A program made the position numbers and the translations under genes. A stretch of DNA of 64,000 nt from contig CAMCXT010000011.1 in the NCBI GenBank assembly GCA_945883545.1, positions 2,652-66,651 of the forward strand. Reading direction: 5' to 3'. This document shows positions 52,155 through 62,399 of the stretch, piece after piece. The number at the start of each line of letters is the position of its first letter. Within the stretch, counting starts at the first letter, position 1. The stretch comes from Chitinophaga pinensis. GTDB taxonomy: Bacteria > Bacteroidota > Bacteroidia > M30B66. The notes below the pieces were generated by a model, which was not told the origin of the DNA, did not search any database, and saw only the letters and a program-made list of their open reading frames with translations.

Positions 52155-53978
52155 ATGGCTAAAATCTTTACCTTTTTCATTTGCATCCTTTCAGCAACTT
52201 TGCTCCAAGCTCAATGTCCAGGATGTATTGTAAATCCTGCATGTACAGCAAATCCTGCAGCCCCATCTCTTTGCCCAGAAACACTCCCTGACGCCATCCA
52301 AGGTCAGCCTTATGAAATAGATGCGACCTTCTTCATGCCTCAGCAATTTACCGATCCAGGTTCAGGATTCGATGTTACGTTGGCTTCCATCACCATCGCC
52401 ACCATCGGAGGTTTGCCCCCAGGGCTTTCGGCAACTACCAACGACGCCGACAATATTTACGAAATCACCTCCGATCCTCTAACGCAACGTGGCTGTGTTA
52501 GGATTTGCGGCATTCCAACGGCTATTGGTTTCTATACAATTTCGGTAAACGTGATAGCCTCCGTTTCTGCTCCTATAAGCACAGAAGCACCTCAAAGTTT
52601 TACTCTTCCTCTAGCAGTTGTTCCAGGTGGTTCTGGAAATGCTGGATTCTCTCTTTCTCCAAACTCGGGATGCGATTCAATCAACGTGGAATTCCAAGCG
52701 CTCATTACAAGTCCATCTCAACCAGTAACGTATCAATGGGATTTTGGAAACGGGCAAACTTCCACCGAGTTTATTCCTGAAGACCAGGTTTATCCGGTGG
52801 CCGATACGTATTATGTTTCACTCCAAACCAATCTACTCAATTATGTGGTTACAGGAGTAACTTACACATCTACAGGTGAAAATTGGTGTGGCGATTTTGA
52901 AGAGCCTTCAATTCCATTTATTGGTTGTACAGGAAGCCCCGATATTTATTATGAGCTTTCGAATGGAGGAGCCACTTTTACTGGACCGACGCAAGACAAC
53001 AACGAAAGTTATAGTCAATCAGATGCCTTTATCGCCCTTACCGAAACGGCACTGAGCATTAATTTCTTTGATGAGGATGTTATTTCTCAAAACGATGCAC
53101 TTGGAACTGCCGTAGTGCAATTTCAAGAACCAGGCGTTTACCCGTTCAATACTTCAGCTGGATTTGGAACTGTTACCATTGGAACTACAGTTGGAATTTC
53201 ATTTACGCACAACGACACTATTGTTGTGCATCCATCCCCAGCATCTCCTGCAATAACGTCTACAGCGTTATCGGTTTGTGAAGGAGATTCAATTACACTT
53301 TCGTTGCCTGAAGCCGCTTTTTACCAATGGTTACTCAATGGTGAGGCTGTACTCAGTGCAAACAACGACTCTTTGATCGTAAACGAATCTGGGTCTTGGT
53401 CGGCAGAAATCCGATCAGAAGCCGGATGTCTTGCTGTTTCTGATACGCTCATCACAGAAATCATAGAATTTCCCGAACAGCCAGTCGTTTTCGTAAATCC
53501 GGTGAATGGTTCGTTTTTCTTTAATCCGGGTTCAGGGTTTGAGTGGATTTGGTTGTTCGAAGGCGATACAATTGCCGGAACCCAAAACCTAGCAACCTTC
53601 TTCCCAACAGAAATAGGGAATTACAGCGTCGTGGTAAGCGCAAACCCTGCTTGTGCACTCTACTCCGATGAGCAATATTTTACCAATTTGAGTACCGAAG
53701 CTCTAGCTGCTTATACTTATAAAATCTACCCACAACCATTTCAAGAAGGGTATTTAATGATCGAATCCAATTGGATTGAAACTGGTGAAGTTAACATTCA
53801 AGTGCTCGATTTAACTGGTAGGCAAGTACTCGATCAAAGCACAAATGCCACAGCTGGCGTATTGAGTGTTTTTATCGACCAACAAGTACCAGGAATTTAC
53901 CTGTTGCGGATGGAGCAAGGTGGAAGAAATGGTTATCAAAGGTTGATCATTTCAGCATCTGTGCCAGGTTCAAATTGA
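52155..53978 (+). CDS. Secreted Ig/PKD-domain protein with T9SS C-terminal domain, function unknown
   Basis: Signal peptide, Cys-rich N-terminus, YQWDFGNG (PKD), YQWLLNG (Ig-like), IYPQP..DLTGRQV..PGIYLL (CTD). Confidence 0.72.
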   Translation: MAKIFTFFICILSATLLQAQCPGCIVNPACTANPAAPSLCPETLPDAIQGQPYEIDATFFMPQQFTDPGSGFDVTLASITIATIGGLPPGLSATTNDADNIYEITSDPLTQRGCVRICGIPTAIGFYTISVNVIASVSAPISTEAPQSFTLPLAVVPGGSGNAGFSLSPNSGCDSINVEFQALITSPSQPVTYQWDFGNGQTSTEFIPEDQVYPVADTYYVSLQTNLLNYVVTGVTYTSTGENWCGDFEEPSIPFIGCTGSPDIYYELSNGGATFTGPTQDNNESYSQSDAFIALTETALSINFFDEDVISQNDALGTAVVQFQEPGVYPFNTSAGFGTVTIGTTVGISFTHNDTIVVHPSPASPAITSTALSVCEGDSITLSLPEAAFYQWLLNGEAVLSANNDSLIVNESGSWSAEIRSEAGCLAVSDTLITEIIEFPEQPVVFVNPVNGSFFFNPGSGFEWIWLFEGDTIAGTQNLATFFPTEIGNYSVVVSANPACALYSDEQYFTNLSTEALAAYTYKIYPQPFQEGYLMIESNWIETGEVNIQVLDLTGRQVLDQSTNATAGVLSVFIDQQVPGIYLLRMEQGGRNGYQRLIISASVPGSN

Positions 53979-54658
53979 TAGCCGACACTTCGAATTGAAA
54001 GAAAATACTTGGGTTCTCGTGGATTGGGCTCAAAGTATTTTCTGAAACTTAGGATGAAATTATCGATCGTTCTAGTGGAAGGGAAAATATCATATCCCCA
54101 AACCTTTTCTAGAATTTGCTTCCTCGAAACTACCTCGCCTTTTCGTTCAATGAGTAATTTCAAGAGCATCATTTCCTTTTTGGTGAGTGTGATTTGTTCT
54201 CCCTTGGCTGTTACTATTTTGTATTGACTAAACTGCACTTCGTTTCCACCGAATCGATAGGCTGCAAAATCGCTTGTGTTTCGGCGACGATCAAGACCTC
54301 GCTTGATGAGTGATTGAACCCTCAGCAACAGTTCCTCCAAATTAAAGGGTTTGGCGAGATAATCATCAGCGCCGATTTTCAATCCTAAAACCCGATCGTT
54401 GCTGGTGTTTTTCGCTGTGAGGAAAATTATCGGCACTTCATCATTCTCCAAGCGAACCGATTCGCAAATTGCAAAACCGTCTAATTCTGGAAGCATCACG
54501 TCTAGAATCAACAAGTCGAATCGCTCATTCAAGGCCCGGTTAAGTGCAGTTTTTCCGTCTTTGGCAACAACCACTTGGTAACCTTCCATCTCGAGATTGA
54601 GGCTGATCATATCCCGAAGGCTTTCTTCGTCTTCTGCAAGAAGAATTCTATAACTCAT
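53936..54658 (-). CDS. OmpR/PhoB-family response regulator
   Basis: ILLAEDE, LDVMLPELDG, GADDYLAKPF, VWGY..TRTIDNFI, RSVGY; ATG 54658 lies downstream of TACCTTTG (54687-54694). Confidence 0.93.
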   Translation of the reverse strand: MSYRILLAEDEESLRDMISLNLEMEGYQVVVAKDGKTALNRALNERFDLLILDVMLPELDGFAICESVRLENDEVPIIFLTAKNTSNDRVLGLKIGADDYLAKPFNLEELLLRVQSLIKRGLDRRRNTSDFAAYRFGGNEVQFSQYKIVTAKGEQITLTKKEMMLLKLLIERKGEVVSRKQILEKVWGYDIFPSTRTIDNFILSFRKYFEPNPREPKYFLSIRSVGYQFEPGTDAEMINL

Positions 54659-54816
54659 GTCAATCTGTTTCTCTTGTCGATGCTTGCAAAGGTATATTGA
54701 ATGCGATGTGTTCACAACTGAACCTTCAACCTCAAATCCCGTAAAGGGAAATGGGTATTTTTGCTCAAACATCAACTTACTTTCTTCGTTTTACCGCTCG
54801 CTAAGCGTATTGTCTT

Positions 54817-56613
54817 ATGAAAAATATTATCCTTCTTTTTATCGTACTATTTTCTATTCAACTTTCTGCACAACGCAATTGCGGAACGGTTCAATATCTG
54901 AAAGATAAACAAATGCAGGATCCGGGAATCGAATCAAGGATGCAATTAATGAATCAACAAATTCAGCAGATCACAAACTCTAAGGATGGAAAATCTAGCC
55001 GAAATGTAATCCGCATTCCAGTTGTAGTGCATGTAGTTTACAAACTTTCAGTTCAGAATATTTCTGATACTCAAATACAGTCTCAGATTGATGTTTTGAA
55101 TGAAGATTACAAAAGACTCAATACAGATGCATCATTAGTTCCACCACCATACGAACCTTTGGCAGCCAATTGTGAAATCGAATTTTGTTTGGCTAGCCGC
55201 GATCCCAATGGGCAATCGACCAATGGAATTACCCGTACACTAACTACAGCAAATTCCTTTACAATCAACGATGCTGTAAAAAGATCTGTTACAGGAGGAA
55301 AAGACGCTTGGCCAACAGATAAATACTTGAACATCTGGGTATGTAATCTTACGGATCCATTGTTAGGATTTGCTACACTTCCTGGAACAGTGAATGCCAG
55401 TTTGGATGGCGTAGTGATCGCTTACAAGTACTTTGGTCGCATTGGAAGTCAAGCACCTTACAACAAGGGAAGAACTGCCACGCATGAGATTGGCCATTGG
55501 TTGAATCTTCTTCATATCTGGGGCGATGATGAAGGTTCAGCAGATCCATGCGCAGGAACCGATCAAGTGAATGATACACCGAATCAGGAGGGTGAGAATT
55601 ATGGTTGCCCTACATTTCCTCAGGTATCATGTAGCAACGATGGAGATATGTCGATGAATTTCATGGACTATGTGAATGATGCTTGCATGTATATGTTTAC
55701 CAATGGTCAAGGCGAGAGGATGCGAACCACTCTGGAGAATTTCAGAAGTGGATTGCTCACATCAAGCGGATGTTTACCTGCATTGGCTCCATCCGATTGC
55801 GATACATTGAACAACATCACAGGCGGCGACGGTTTGGTGTATTATTTCATGAATGAATTATTGCCAGAAGAAACGGGCTATTTAACAGGAACGAGCAGCT
55901 TAGGCTACAAAGCATTTGCTGAAAAATATACTTCATCTGAAGAACAAATTATCAATAGCCTGAGGTTCGACTTTGCCATAGCATCTGCACAAAACGCCAA
56001 TACGTTGATTACAGCAGTTGTTTGGGATGCAAACGGCCCTAATGGCGGCCCAGGGACTTCTCTACAGGAAAGTACATTTGCACTCAGCGATGTGATCGCA
56101 AACGTTGATGGATTTACTTTCACTGATGTATATTTTCCGAATCCACCAGTGGTGAATGGAGATTATTATGTGGGCTTTGTTCTAAGTTCATCAGTTGGCG
56201 ACACCCTAGCAATTTATTGCAATCAACTCGATGAGGTGAATATCAATACGGCTTGGTGCAGAGATGCAACTGGTACATGGTACGAATACAGTGATCAAGC
56301 CTCTTTCGGGCAAGCTCTTTCGTTGGCTGTTCGCCCCATTCAGTGCATTCCAGTTGCTGTAGAAAAAATCCAACCTATGTCTTTGACGGTCTATCCAAAT
56401 CCTGCCGACAACTTGATCAACATCATTGGAGGTTCTGGTTCCAAATCTTGGATGCTCTTCACAGTTGATGGTCGCTTGGTCAATTCAGGGAACGTTTCAA
56501 ATTCCAATGAATTCCAAATTTCAACAGCTTCAATTCATTCTGGCGTTTATTTACTGAAATTGCAAGAAGCAGGAGATGTGAAAGTTGTTAGAATAGTTGT
56601 TTCGCACCCTTAA
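54817..56613 (+). CDS. M43 (pappalysin/ulilysin-like) zinc metalloprotease with T9SS CTD
   Basis: RNCG propeptide Cys, IPVVVHVV, HEIGHWLNLLH, NFMDY Met-turn, VYPNPA..SGVYLL. Confidence 0.88.
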   Translation: MKNIILLFIVLFSIQLSAQRNCGTVQYLKDKQMQDPGIESRMQLMNQQIQQITNSKDGKSSRNVIRIPVVVHVVYKLSVQNISDTQIQSQIDVLNEDYKRLNTDASLVPPPYEPLAANCEIEFCLASRDPNGQSTNGITRTLTTANSFTINDAVKRSVTGGKDAWPTDKYLNIWVCNLTDPLLGFATLPGTVNASLDGVVIAYKYFGRIGSQAPYNKGRTATHEIGHWLNLLHIWGDDEGSADPCAGTDQVNDTPNQEGENYGCPTFPQVSCSNDGDMSMNFMDYVNDACMYMFTNGQGERMRTTLENFRSGLLTSSGCLPALAPSDCDTLNNITGGDGLVYYFMNELLPEETGYLTGTSSLGYKAFAEKYTSSEEQIINSLRFDFAIASAQNANTLITAVVWDANGPNGGPGTSLQESTFALSDVIANVDGFTFTDVYFPNPPVVNGDYYVGFVLSSSVGDTLAIYCNQLDEVNINTAWCRDATGTWYEYSDQASFGQALSLAVRPIQCIPVAVEKIQPMSLTVYPNPADNLINIIGGSGSKSWMLFTVDGRLVNSGNVSNSNEFQISTASIHSGVYLLKLQEAGDVKVVRIVVSHP

Positions 56614-56672
56614 ATTATCCTAGAATCAGAACCCAAAGGTGATTTGCTTGTTGTACTTTTGCAGGTACCAAC

Positions 56673-57833
56673 ATGGATATATTATCACTTCTCGCTAAGA
56701 CTGGCGCATCAACGGCGTTGCTCGACATCGCCAACAAAGCACTATCAGGAAAACGAATCAACACCAACGAAGGAGAACTTTTGTTTGCACAAGGTTCTTT
56801 GGGTTTTTTAGGGTTGATTGCCGATTCTATCAGAACTGAAAAGCATGGTCAATATGTATATTTCAACAGAAACTTCCATATTGAACCAACCAACATTTGC
56901 GTATTCGATTGCAAATTTTGCTCATACTCGAGATTGCTAAAGCATCGTCAAGATGGTTGGGAATTGAACGAAGAGGAAATTCTCAATATCGTTAGATCTT
57001 ATATTGGCAAGCCTGTTACTGAAGTTCACATTGTTGGTGGAGTTCACCCAAAAATGGGTCTGATGTATTTCGCCAATCTGATCAAAAAGGTAAAGGAAAT
57101 ATTGCCTGAGATCCATGTGAAGGCATTCACTGCTGTGGAGTTGGAATATATGTGTCGCAAGGCTGGGGTTGATTTTGCGGAGGGCTTGAAAATCCTGAAA
57201 GACCATGGTCAGAATTCGCTTCCCGGCGGAGGTGCAGAAATTTTCGACGAAGCTATCCGAGCTGAAATTTGCGGCGATAAGTGTACCTCAGAGCAATGGC
57301 TCGAAATTCATCGAACTGCCCACAATTTAGGAATGCCTTCGAATGCAACGATGCTTTATGGGCATGTCGAAACTTATGCGCATAGAATCGATCACATGAA
57401 TCGTTTGCGAAACCTACAAGACGAGACAGGTGGATTCAATACTTTCATACCACTTAAGTTCCGTAACCAAGGAAATCAAATGAGCCATATAGGTGAGGTT
57501 TCGGTTATCGAAGACTTGAAAAACTATGCAGTTTCAAGAATCTTCATGGACAATTTCCCGCATTTAAAAGCCTACTGGCCGATGATTGGTCGTTCTGTTG
57601 CCCAATTGTCTTTAGCATATGGAGTGAACGACATCGACGGAACCATCGACGATACCACCAAAATCTACACAATGGCTGGATCGGAAGAACAAAGTCCTTC
57701 TTTAAGTACAGCCCAATTGGTGGATCTGATCAATCAAGCCGGAAAAATTCCTGTAGAAAGAGATACTTTGTATAATTTTATCCGCAACTACAAGGATCAA
57801 CCTTTAGCTCCTGATGTTGAATTAATTTCTTGA
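56673..57833 (+). CDS. mqnE: Aminofutalosine synthase (CofH/MqnE radical SAM)
   Basis: [33 protein letters not shown]. Confidence 0.82.
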   Translation: MDILSLLAKTGASTALLDIANKALSGKRINTNEGELLFAQGSLGFLGLIADSIRTEKHGQYVYFNRNFHIEPTNICVFDCKFCSYSRLLKHRQDGWELNEEEILNIVRSYIGKPVTEVHIVGGVHPKMGLMYFANLIKKVKEILPEIHVKAFTAVELEYMCRKAGVDFAEGLKILKDHGQNSLPGGGAEIFDEAIRAEICGDKCTSEQWLEIHRTAHNLGMPSNATMLYGHVETYAHRIDHMNRLRNLQDETGGFNTFIPLKFRNQGNQMSHIGEVSVIEDLKNYAVSRIFMDNFPHLKAYWPMIGRSVAQLSLAYGVNDIDGTIDDTTKIYTMAGSEEQSPSLSTAQLVDLINQAGKIPVERDTLYNFIRNYKDQPLAPDVELIS

Positions 57834-58345
57834 TGCACGATATGTTTAAATCTGAAGCAGCCGGTAAAGTTTTTGAAATCGAGTTTGAAAAGCAATTTTC
57901 TAATGGGAGGGTTAACCAGCAAGAATTTGCTTGGGATATTTTAAAAACGGGCCCTTCGAGTTACAACATTATCAAGAACAACAAATCGTTCAATGTGATT
58001 GTCGAATCCTTTGATCCTGAAACCAACCTCTTTCAACTAAGAGTGAATGGGCAATTGATTACTGTAAAAACGCTTGATCGGATGCAGATCCTATTGCAAT
58101 CGATGGGATTGGATACAACTTCTAACCGCAAGCTCAATGAAATCAAAGCTCCTATGCCAGGCTTGGTTGTACGCATCACGGTTGAAGAAGGCGCTGAAGT
58201 TAAAAAAGGCGATAGCTTGCTGGTACTCGAAGCCATGAAAATGGAAAACGTGATCAAGGCGCCAGGCGATGCAGTAGTAGGTAAAATCAAAGTGAACGCT
58301 GGTCAGGCAGTTGAAAAGAATCAATTGCTGATCTCATTCAATTAA
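57833..58345 (+). CDS. Biotin carboxyl carrier protein of an acyl-CoA carboxylase
   Basis: [15 protein letters not shown] biotinylation motif. Confidence 0.9.
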   Translation: MHDMFKSEAAGKVFEIEFEKQFSNGRVNQQEFAWDILKTGPSSYNIIKNNKSFNVIVESFDPETNLFQLRVNGQLITVKTLDRMQILLQSMGLDTTSNRKLNEIKAPMPGLVVRITVEEGAEVKKGDSLLVLEAMKMENVIKAPGDAVVGKIKVNAGQAVEKNQLLISFN

Positions 58346-58348
58346 TGA

Positions 58349-59371
58349 TTATTTCCCGATTGAGAATTGCTTCAGAAATCTGAGGTCGTTTTGTGAGAAA
58401 AAGCGCAAATCCTTCACTTGATACTTTAGGATAGCGATACGTTCGATTCCCATTCCGAGTGCGAATCCCGTGAACTTTTCAGGGTCTATATTGCAATTCT
58501 TTAAAACATTTGGATGCACCATTCCACATCCTAAAATTTCTACCCATCCAGAGTATTTGCAAATATTGCAACCCTTGCCACTGCAAACAGTGCAAGAAAT
58601 ATCCATTTCTGCTGATGGTTCGGTGAAAGGGAAATAAGATGGACGCAGACGGATTTTCGTTTCTGTTCCAAACATTTCACGGGCAAAATGCAGCAAGGTT
58701 TGCTTCAAGTCGGCAAAAGATACATTTTCATCGATATAAAGAGCTTCCACTTGGTGAAAGAAGCAATGCGCACGTGCCGAGACCGCTTCGTTTCTATACA
58801 CACGACCTGGCATAATCATTCGAAACGGTGGTTTGTTTCGTTCCATCATCCGAATTTGCACCGATGATGTATGTGTTCTGAGTGCCATTTCAGGCGCTTG
58901 GTCGATGAAAAAAGTATCCTGCATATCGCGTGCGGGATGTTCTTCAGGAAAATTTAGTGCACTGAAGTTATGCCAATCGTCTTCAATTTCAGGGCCTTCT
59001 GCAACTGTAAAGCCTAAACGGTTAAACACTTCACGAATTTCATCCGCAACAATCGACAAAGGATGTCTATTGCCTGATGGAAAAGGAATGCCTGGTGCAC
59101 TAAAATCAATCGCTTCTCCTTGTGCAACTTGATTCTCGCTAAGCTCTTTGGCTTCTTTCCAAATTGCTTCAGCGCGTTGCTTAAGGATATTGAGTAACCG
59201 TCCAATTTCTTTACGATCTTCAGGTTGAACATCCTTGAAACGATCAAACAGCGCAGGGATAATTCCTTTCTTACTCAAATAATTTTGTCGAAATTTCTCA
59301 GCGCTCTCAGCGTCTTTCGGTTTAATGTTCTCAATTTCTGCGGCAATGCCTGCAATTTCTTCCTGAAGCAT
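58349..59371 (-). CDS. pheS: Phenylalanine-tRNA ligase alpha subunit
   Basis: HPARDMQDTF, LRTHTS, RPSYFPFTEPS, GMGIER; ATG 59371 lies downstream of TATATTTG (59390-59397). Confidence 0.97.
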   Translation of the reverse strand: MLQEEIAGIAAEIENIKPKDAESAEKFRQNYLSKKGIIPALFDRFKDVQPEDRKEIGRLLNILKQRAEAIWKEAKELSENQVAQGEAIDFSAPGIPFPSGNRHPLSIVADEIREVFNRLGFTVAEGPEIEDDWHNFSALNFPEEHPARDMQDTFFIDQAPEMALRTHTSSVQIRMMERNKPPFRMIMPGRVYRNEAVSARAHCFFHQVEALYIDENVSFADLKQTLLHFAREMFGTETKIRLRPSYFPFTEPSAEMDISCTVCSGKGCNICKYSGWVEILGCGMVHPNVLKNCNIDPEKFTGFALGMGIERIAILKYQVKDLRFFSQNDLRFLKQFSIGK

Positions 59372-59506
59372 ACTAATTGTTAGGGAGCGCAAATATAAAT
59401 AAATTGAAAAGGACCAAGTGATTGAAACATCAGATGTTATTCTCCGTTAAGAAATGAAAGAGCAATCAAAATATTTGTACTTTTGAAAACTTACAGACTT
59501 AATCAG

Positions 59507-59878
59507 ATGAAACTGACTTTCAGAAACTCTGCCATCATTTCCTTCGCATTCATTGCTATTTCTGCTTTTTCCTGCAAATCGGAAGACCAAACTTGCACTG
59601 TAGTAATTAGAGTGGTACGTGCGAATGGAGGGCCTGCAACTTCTGCAAAAGTGAAACTAACATCTAATTGGGGTCTTTCTCAAAAAGGAGAAATTGCAGA
59701 TTATCTGTCAAATTCAGAGAATACCAAACTAACAGACGGAGATGGAGGGGCGACTTTTACATTTAAAAATCCTGCGATTTTAGATGTGGAAGTAACGCAC
59801 ATTTCTTATGGTAGTGCTAGCGATTTGATTAAGCTTGAACCAGGCGAAACAGTCTCAAAGACTATCACTGTTCAATAG
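59507..59878 (+). CDS. Small lipoprotein with a single beta-sandwich-like domain
   Basis: Lipobox AFS-C then KSEDQ, TDGDGGATF motif; TACTTTTG at 59478-59485. Confidence 0.65.
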   Translation: MKLTFRNSAIISFAFIAISAFSCKSEDQTCTVVIRVVRANGGPATSAKVKLTSNWGLSQKGEIADYLSNSENTKLTDGDGGATFTFKNPAILDVEVTHISYGSASDLIKLEPGETVSKTITVQ

Positions 59879-60242
59879 GAAAGTAATCAGCGAAATAATC
59901 TATAACAGATTGTTTCATTAAAAAACTTTGTTGCCCTGGCTTTAGCGGTGGAAGATTTTCTACTGTAGACCAATGTGGGTAACCATCTTCATCCTGCCCT
60001 TCGAATTTATAATAGCCGTAAGGTTCCAGCAAAGTACATATTGCTATATGGAGCACTTCAAGCTTTTGGTCCTTGTTGAATTTCCGATATCCTTTGCCAA
60101 GCTCTTGAACTCCAATGAGCATCAGCACAGCCTGCAAATCTAGCCCGTCGCCGAATTGAACTTCTAAATTGAGGATCAGCTTTTTCCACTGATCCTCAAT
60201 TTCATGCAATGATGAAGGGTTTTCAGAAATCCTGATATCCAT
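59865..60242 (-). CDS. Conserved hypothetical protein
   Basis: 125 aa, LIGVQELG and DEDGYPHW; coupled to upstream gene by TAATG. Confidence 0.65.
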   Translation of the reverse strand: MDIRISENPSSLHEIEDQWKKLILNLEVQFGDGLDLQAVLMLIGVQELGKGYRKFNKDQKLEVLHIAICTLLEPYGYYKFEGQDEDGYPHWSTVENLPPLKPGQQSFLMKQSVIDYFADYFPIEQ

Positions 60243-62353
60243 TAGTTACAAATCCATTTTCTGGTTTTGCTGTAGTTGCCAGAATCAATTCTGATCAGAT
60301 AAGCTCCAGCACTTAAATTACGGCCGCTTACGTCCGACAAATTGAAAGTATAGTCGCCTGCACCAAGATTTTCTTTGCTCATGCTTCCAATCAACTTTCC
60401 AGTTAAATCAGTAACACTTATCGTTACATTTCCTTGACGGAGTAGGCCAACACTTATGGTTGCATCTCCATCGCCCGGGTTTGGATAAACTTGAGTCATA
60501 TAATCATCCAAAGAGATATCTTCCAAACCTACTGGTTGATTCAAAATATTGATGTCTTCCAAGAAGATACTATTTCCTGCACTGTCGGAAACTACAAACT
60601 TCACCATACCATTGTCCTGACCTGCAAGCGCTGAAACACTTACTGTTTCAGTTCTCCATTGATCAGCAGTAGGGACGAATGTGCCTGAAATTGTTTGTCC
60701 TGAAGCCAAAGTAGATAAGGCTGTTCCTGTTTTAGCGTATCGCAACGACCAAGTACGACCACAATTATTCGATACGTAAATCTCCATACGGTCATTCGTT
60801 GAGGTACTTTTGCGCGCATAGGCCAATTTAAATGTAATGTTGGCCGGAGATGAAGTTCCCGACATATTAATGATCGGAGAGATCAATTCGGTGCGGCTGC
60901 CAGTGGCAATTGCGTTGTTGTTGTAGCGAATACTAGCGCTTCCAGTTACAGAGGCAAGCGTAGTGCGCTCGAAAGCTGTAGATGTACCAACAACAGACCA
61001 ATTGTTAAATGGATCAGAACTAATATTGGGGAATGCGGCATCCTCAAAACTTTCTACAAATGGAGAGCTGATAGTTGGATTTAATGGCCTTACTGTGATA
61101 AAACTATTTTTAGTTCTTGCGTTGCTTCCAGTCGAGTTGCTAACAGTTAATGTAACTGGATAAACACCGGGTTCATTGTATTGAATTACTGGATTTTGTG
61201 CGCTTGAAGTCGCAGGTGTAGCGCCTGGAAATGACCAAGACCACGTCCATGTAGCATCAACTGCAGCGTTATAGCTTTCATCTGTGAATGTGAGGTTCGT
61301 ATTGGTACAAACAACATTTGTGCTTGATGAAAAATCGGCCAACGGTGCACAAACTGGAGCTGTTGTATTTACTCCAGTTGCAATGAGATTGGCAGAAGAC
61401 CATAAATTATTTCTTTGTCCAGCTGTGGCATTCAAAGCAGCATTCATTCTGGTGCATTGTCCAGTAGAAAACATGATCGCGCAGTTTGCATAATCCATGA
61501 TGTTTTGAACATTGTCGAGCGAGCCGCAAGTTACTTGTGCAAGATTGCAGCTTTGATCAGCTACACCAATAGTGTTTGGCGTGTCTGTTACCCCGTCGTC
61601 TTGGTTGCAGTTGGTTGTTAAACCAGGATTGTTGCTAGGACCCCATGTATGATTGAGATTAAACCAATGTCCGATTTCATGCGGAAGCGTGCGGCTAGCA
61701 AAATTTCCACCGTTAGATGTTCCGATTCCTCCCAATTGCGTGTGCGTAACAATAATTCCATCGTATGTAGCACTTGGCGCATTTCCGGGACGGTAAGCAT
61801 ATCCTCCAACACGATCGCCTGATTCCAAAATCACATCGTCAACAATCCATACGTTTAGGTATTTATTTCTTGGCCATGAAATGAGGTCTTTCACATTGTC
61901 ATTTCCATTGTAAGTCAAGGTAGAAACTGTTCTGGTGATTCCATCTGTACAATTTCCATTAGGATCTTTGCGGGCCAAACGAAACTCAACTTGTGCATTT
62001 CCAATAATTCCCTGAAATTCAGGAATAACTTCGTTTTGATCGGTATTTAGTTGTTGAAAATCTTCATTGATGATGCGAACAGCATCTTCCACTTGCTCTC
62101 TGGAAATGTTTTCAGATCCATAATTGTGAATGATATGAAAAACAATTGGAATCACTTTAAGCACCGAACGCTCTGCTGCATCAGGAGAATATTGCTCTGT
62201 AAAAGCTTCCAATTCTTCTTGTGCAACTTGCAATTCTGGATGGTTCATTAAAGCAGCATCATTCATAATGTGCGAACCACATCGTTGAATTTGCTGACCA
62301 AAAGAGGTTAAAGATGCGATAGCGATCGCTAGTGTAAAGTAGAGTTTACGCAT
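60242..62353 (-). CDS. M43 zinc metalloprotease with PKD domain and T9SS CTD
   Basis: QRCG, IPIVFHIIH, HEIGHWFNLNH, NIMDY, WSWSFPGATP (PKD), VYPNP..DLTGK..AGAYL. Confidence 0.88.
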   Translation of the reverse strand: MRKLYFTLAIAIASLTSFGQQIQRCGSHIMNDAALMNHPELQVAQEELEAFTEQYSPDAAERSVLKVIPIVFHIIHNYGSENISREQVEDAVRIINEDFQQLNTDQNEVIPEFQGIIGNAQVEFRLARKDPNGNCTDGITRTVSTLTYNGNDNVKDLISWPRNKYLNVWIVDDVILESGDRVGGYAYRPGNAPSATYDGIIVTHTQLGGIGTSNGGNFASRTLPHEIGHWFNLNHTWGPSNNPGLTTNCNQDDGVTDTPNTIGVADQSCNLAQVTCGSLDNVQNIMDYANCAIMFSTGQCTRMNAALNATAGQRNNLWSSANLIATGVNTTAPVCAPLADFSSSTNVVCTNTNLTFTDESYNAAVDATWTWSWSFPGATPATSSAQNPVIQYNEPGVYPVTLTVSNSTGSNARTKNSFITVRPLNPTISSPFVESFEDAAFPNISSDPFNNWSVVGTSTAFERTTLASVTGSASIRYNNNAIATGSRTELISPIINMSGTSSPANITFKLAYARKSTSTNDRMEIYVSNNCGRTWSLRYAKTGTALSTLASGQTISGTFVPTADQWRTETVSVSALAGQDNGMVKFVVSDSAGNSIFLEDINILNQPVGLEDISLDDYMTQVYPNPGDGDATISVGLLRQGNVTISVTDLTGKLIGSMSKENLGAGDYTFNLSDVSGRNLSAGAYLIRIDSGNYSKTRKWICN

Positions 62354-62399
62354 GGTTGATGGTTGGCGTATTTTTTTAAAACGGTCGCTAAGATAACAA

